From Macrostomum lignano (Eukaryota): 30,604 nucleotides of DNA. The notes below the pieces were generated by a model. The model did no database searches. It had not been told where the DNA came from and saw nothing but the letters and a program-made list of their open reading frames with translations. Location of the stretch: assembly GCA_002269645.1 (NCBI GenBank), contig NIVC01003529.1, positions 1-30,604 of the forward strand. Direction: 5' to 3'. The position numbers and the translations under genes are program-made. Below, piece after piece: positions 30,141 to 30,604 of the stretch (positions within the stretch are counted from its first letter, which is position 1; every line of letters begins with the position of its first letter).

Positions 30141-30604
30141 ACCCGCTACCCTCTCGGTGGGTTAATTGGTAGGAGACCCGCTACCCTCTCGGTGGGTTGG
30201 TAGGAGACCCGCTGCCTCTCGGTGGGTTGGTAGGAGACCCGCTACCCTCTCGGTGGGTTGGTAGGAGACCCGCTACCCTCTCGTGGGTTGGTAGGAGACC
30301 GCTACCCTCTCGGTGGGTTAGTAGGAGACCCGCTACCCTCTCGGTGGGTTGGTAGGAGACCCGCTTCCTCTCGGTGGGTTGGTAGGAGACCCGCTACCTT
30401 CTCGGTGGGTTGGTAGGAGACCCGCACCCTCTCGGTGGGTTAATTGGTAGGAGACCCGCTACCCTCTCGGTGGGTTGGTAGGAGACCCGCTACCCTCCCG
30501 GTGGGTTGGTAGGAGACCCGCTACCCTCTCGGTGGGTTGGTAAGACCCGCTACCCTCTCGGTGGGTTAGTAGGAGACGCTACCCTCTCGGTGGGTTGGTA
30601 GGAG
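30141..30604. repeat. Minisatellite, 31-bp unit (35-bp TAAT variant), about 15 copies, running off the window end
   Basis: The unit is ACCCGCTACCCTCTCGGTGGGTTGGTAGGAG. Several units carry 1-3 nt indels. There are no unique spacers. Confidence 0.96.

Overview
This is eukaryotic (animal) genomic DNA. GC-rich, homopolymer-rich coding exons alternate with AT-rich spacers dense in minisatellites. That style fits a free-living flatworm such as Macrostomum, but this is an inference, not an identification. Five protein-coding genes lie on the minus strand. Reading from high to low coordinates they are: an intronless R7-family RGS gene (DEP-DHEX-GGL-RGS; 26296-24464); a complete 7-exon MCM6 gene reconstructed by hand (22368-11726, 867 aa, all GT-AG introns, phases consistent); intronless MED22 (8240-7782); a 654-aa low-complexity ORF I cannot name (6963-4999); and the 5' part of katanin p60 (563 to the window edge), which has a 1-nt frameshift. 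About 5 kb (roughly 17%) is made of nine unrelated tandem arrays (units of about 80, 33, 21, 45, 23/27, 29, 28/32, 35 and 31 bp). Four of them sit inside four of the six MCM6 introns. There are three non-autonomous DNA-transposon-like structures: a hAT-type MITE with an 8-bp target-site duplication, a larger foldback inverted repeat that contains it, and a TTAA-flanked MITE. There is no CRISPR array, and I found no rRNA or tRNA gene. The long repetitive ORFs in the ORF track are artefacts of stop-free repeat units. I cannot support a wholly new biological system. The best leads are minisatellite-driven intron growth with splice-signal decoys, a possible trans-spliced co-oriented gene cluster, the intronless RGS with a split GGL domain, the frameshifted katanin and the TTAA MITE.
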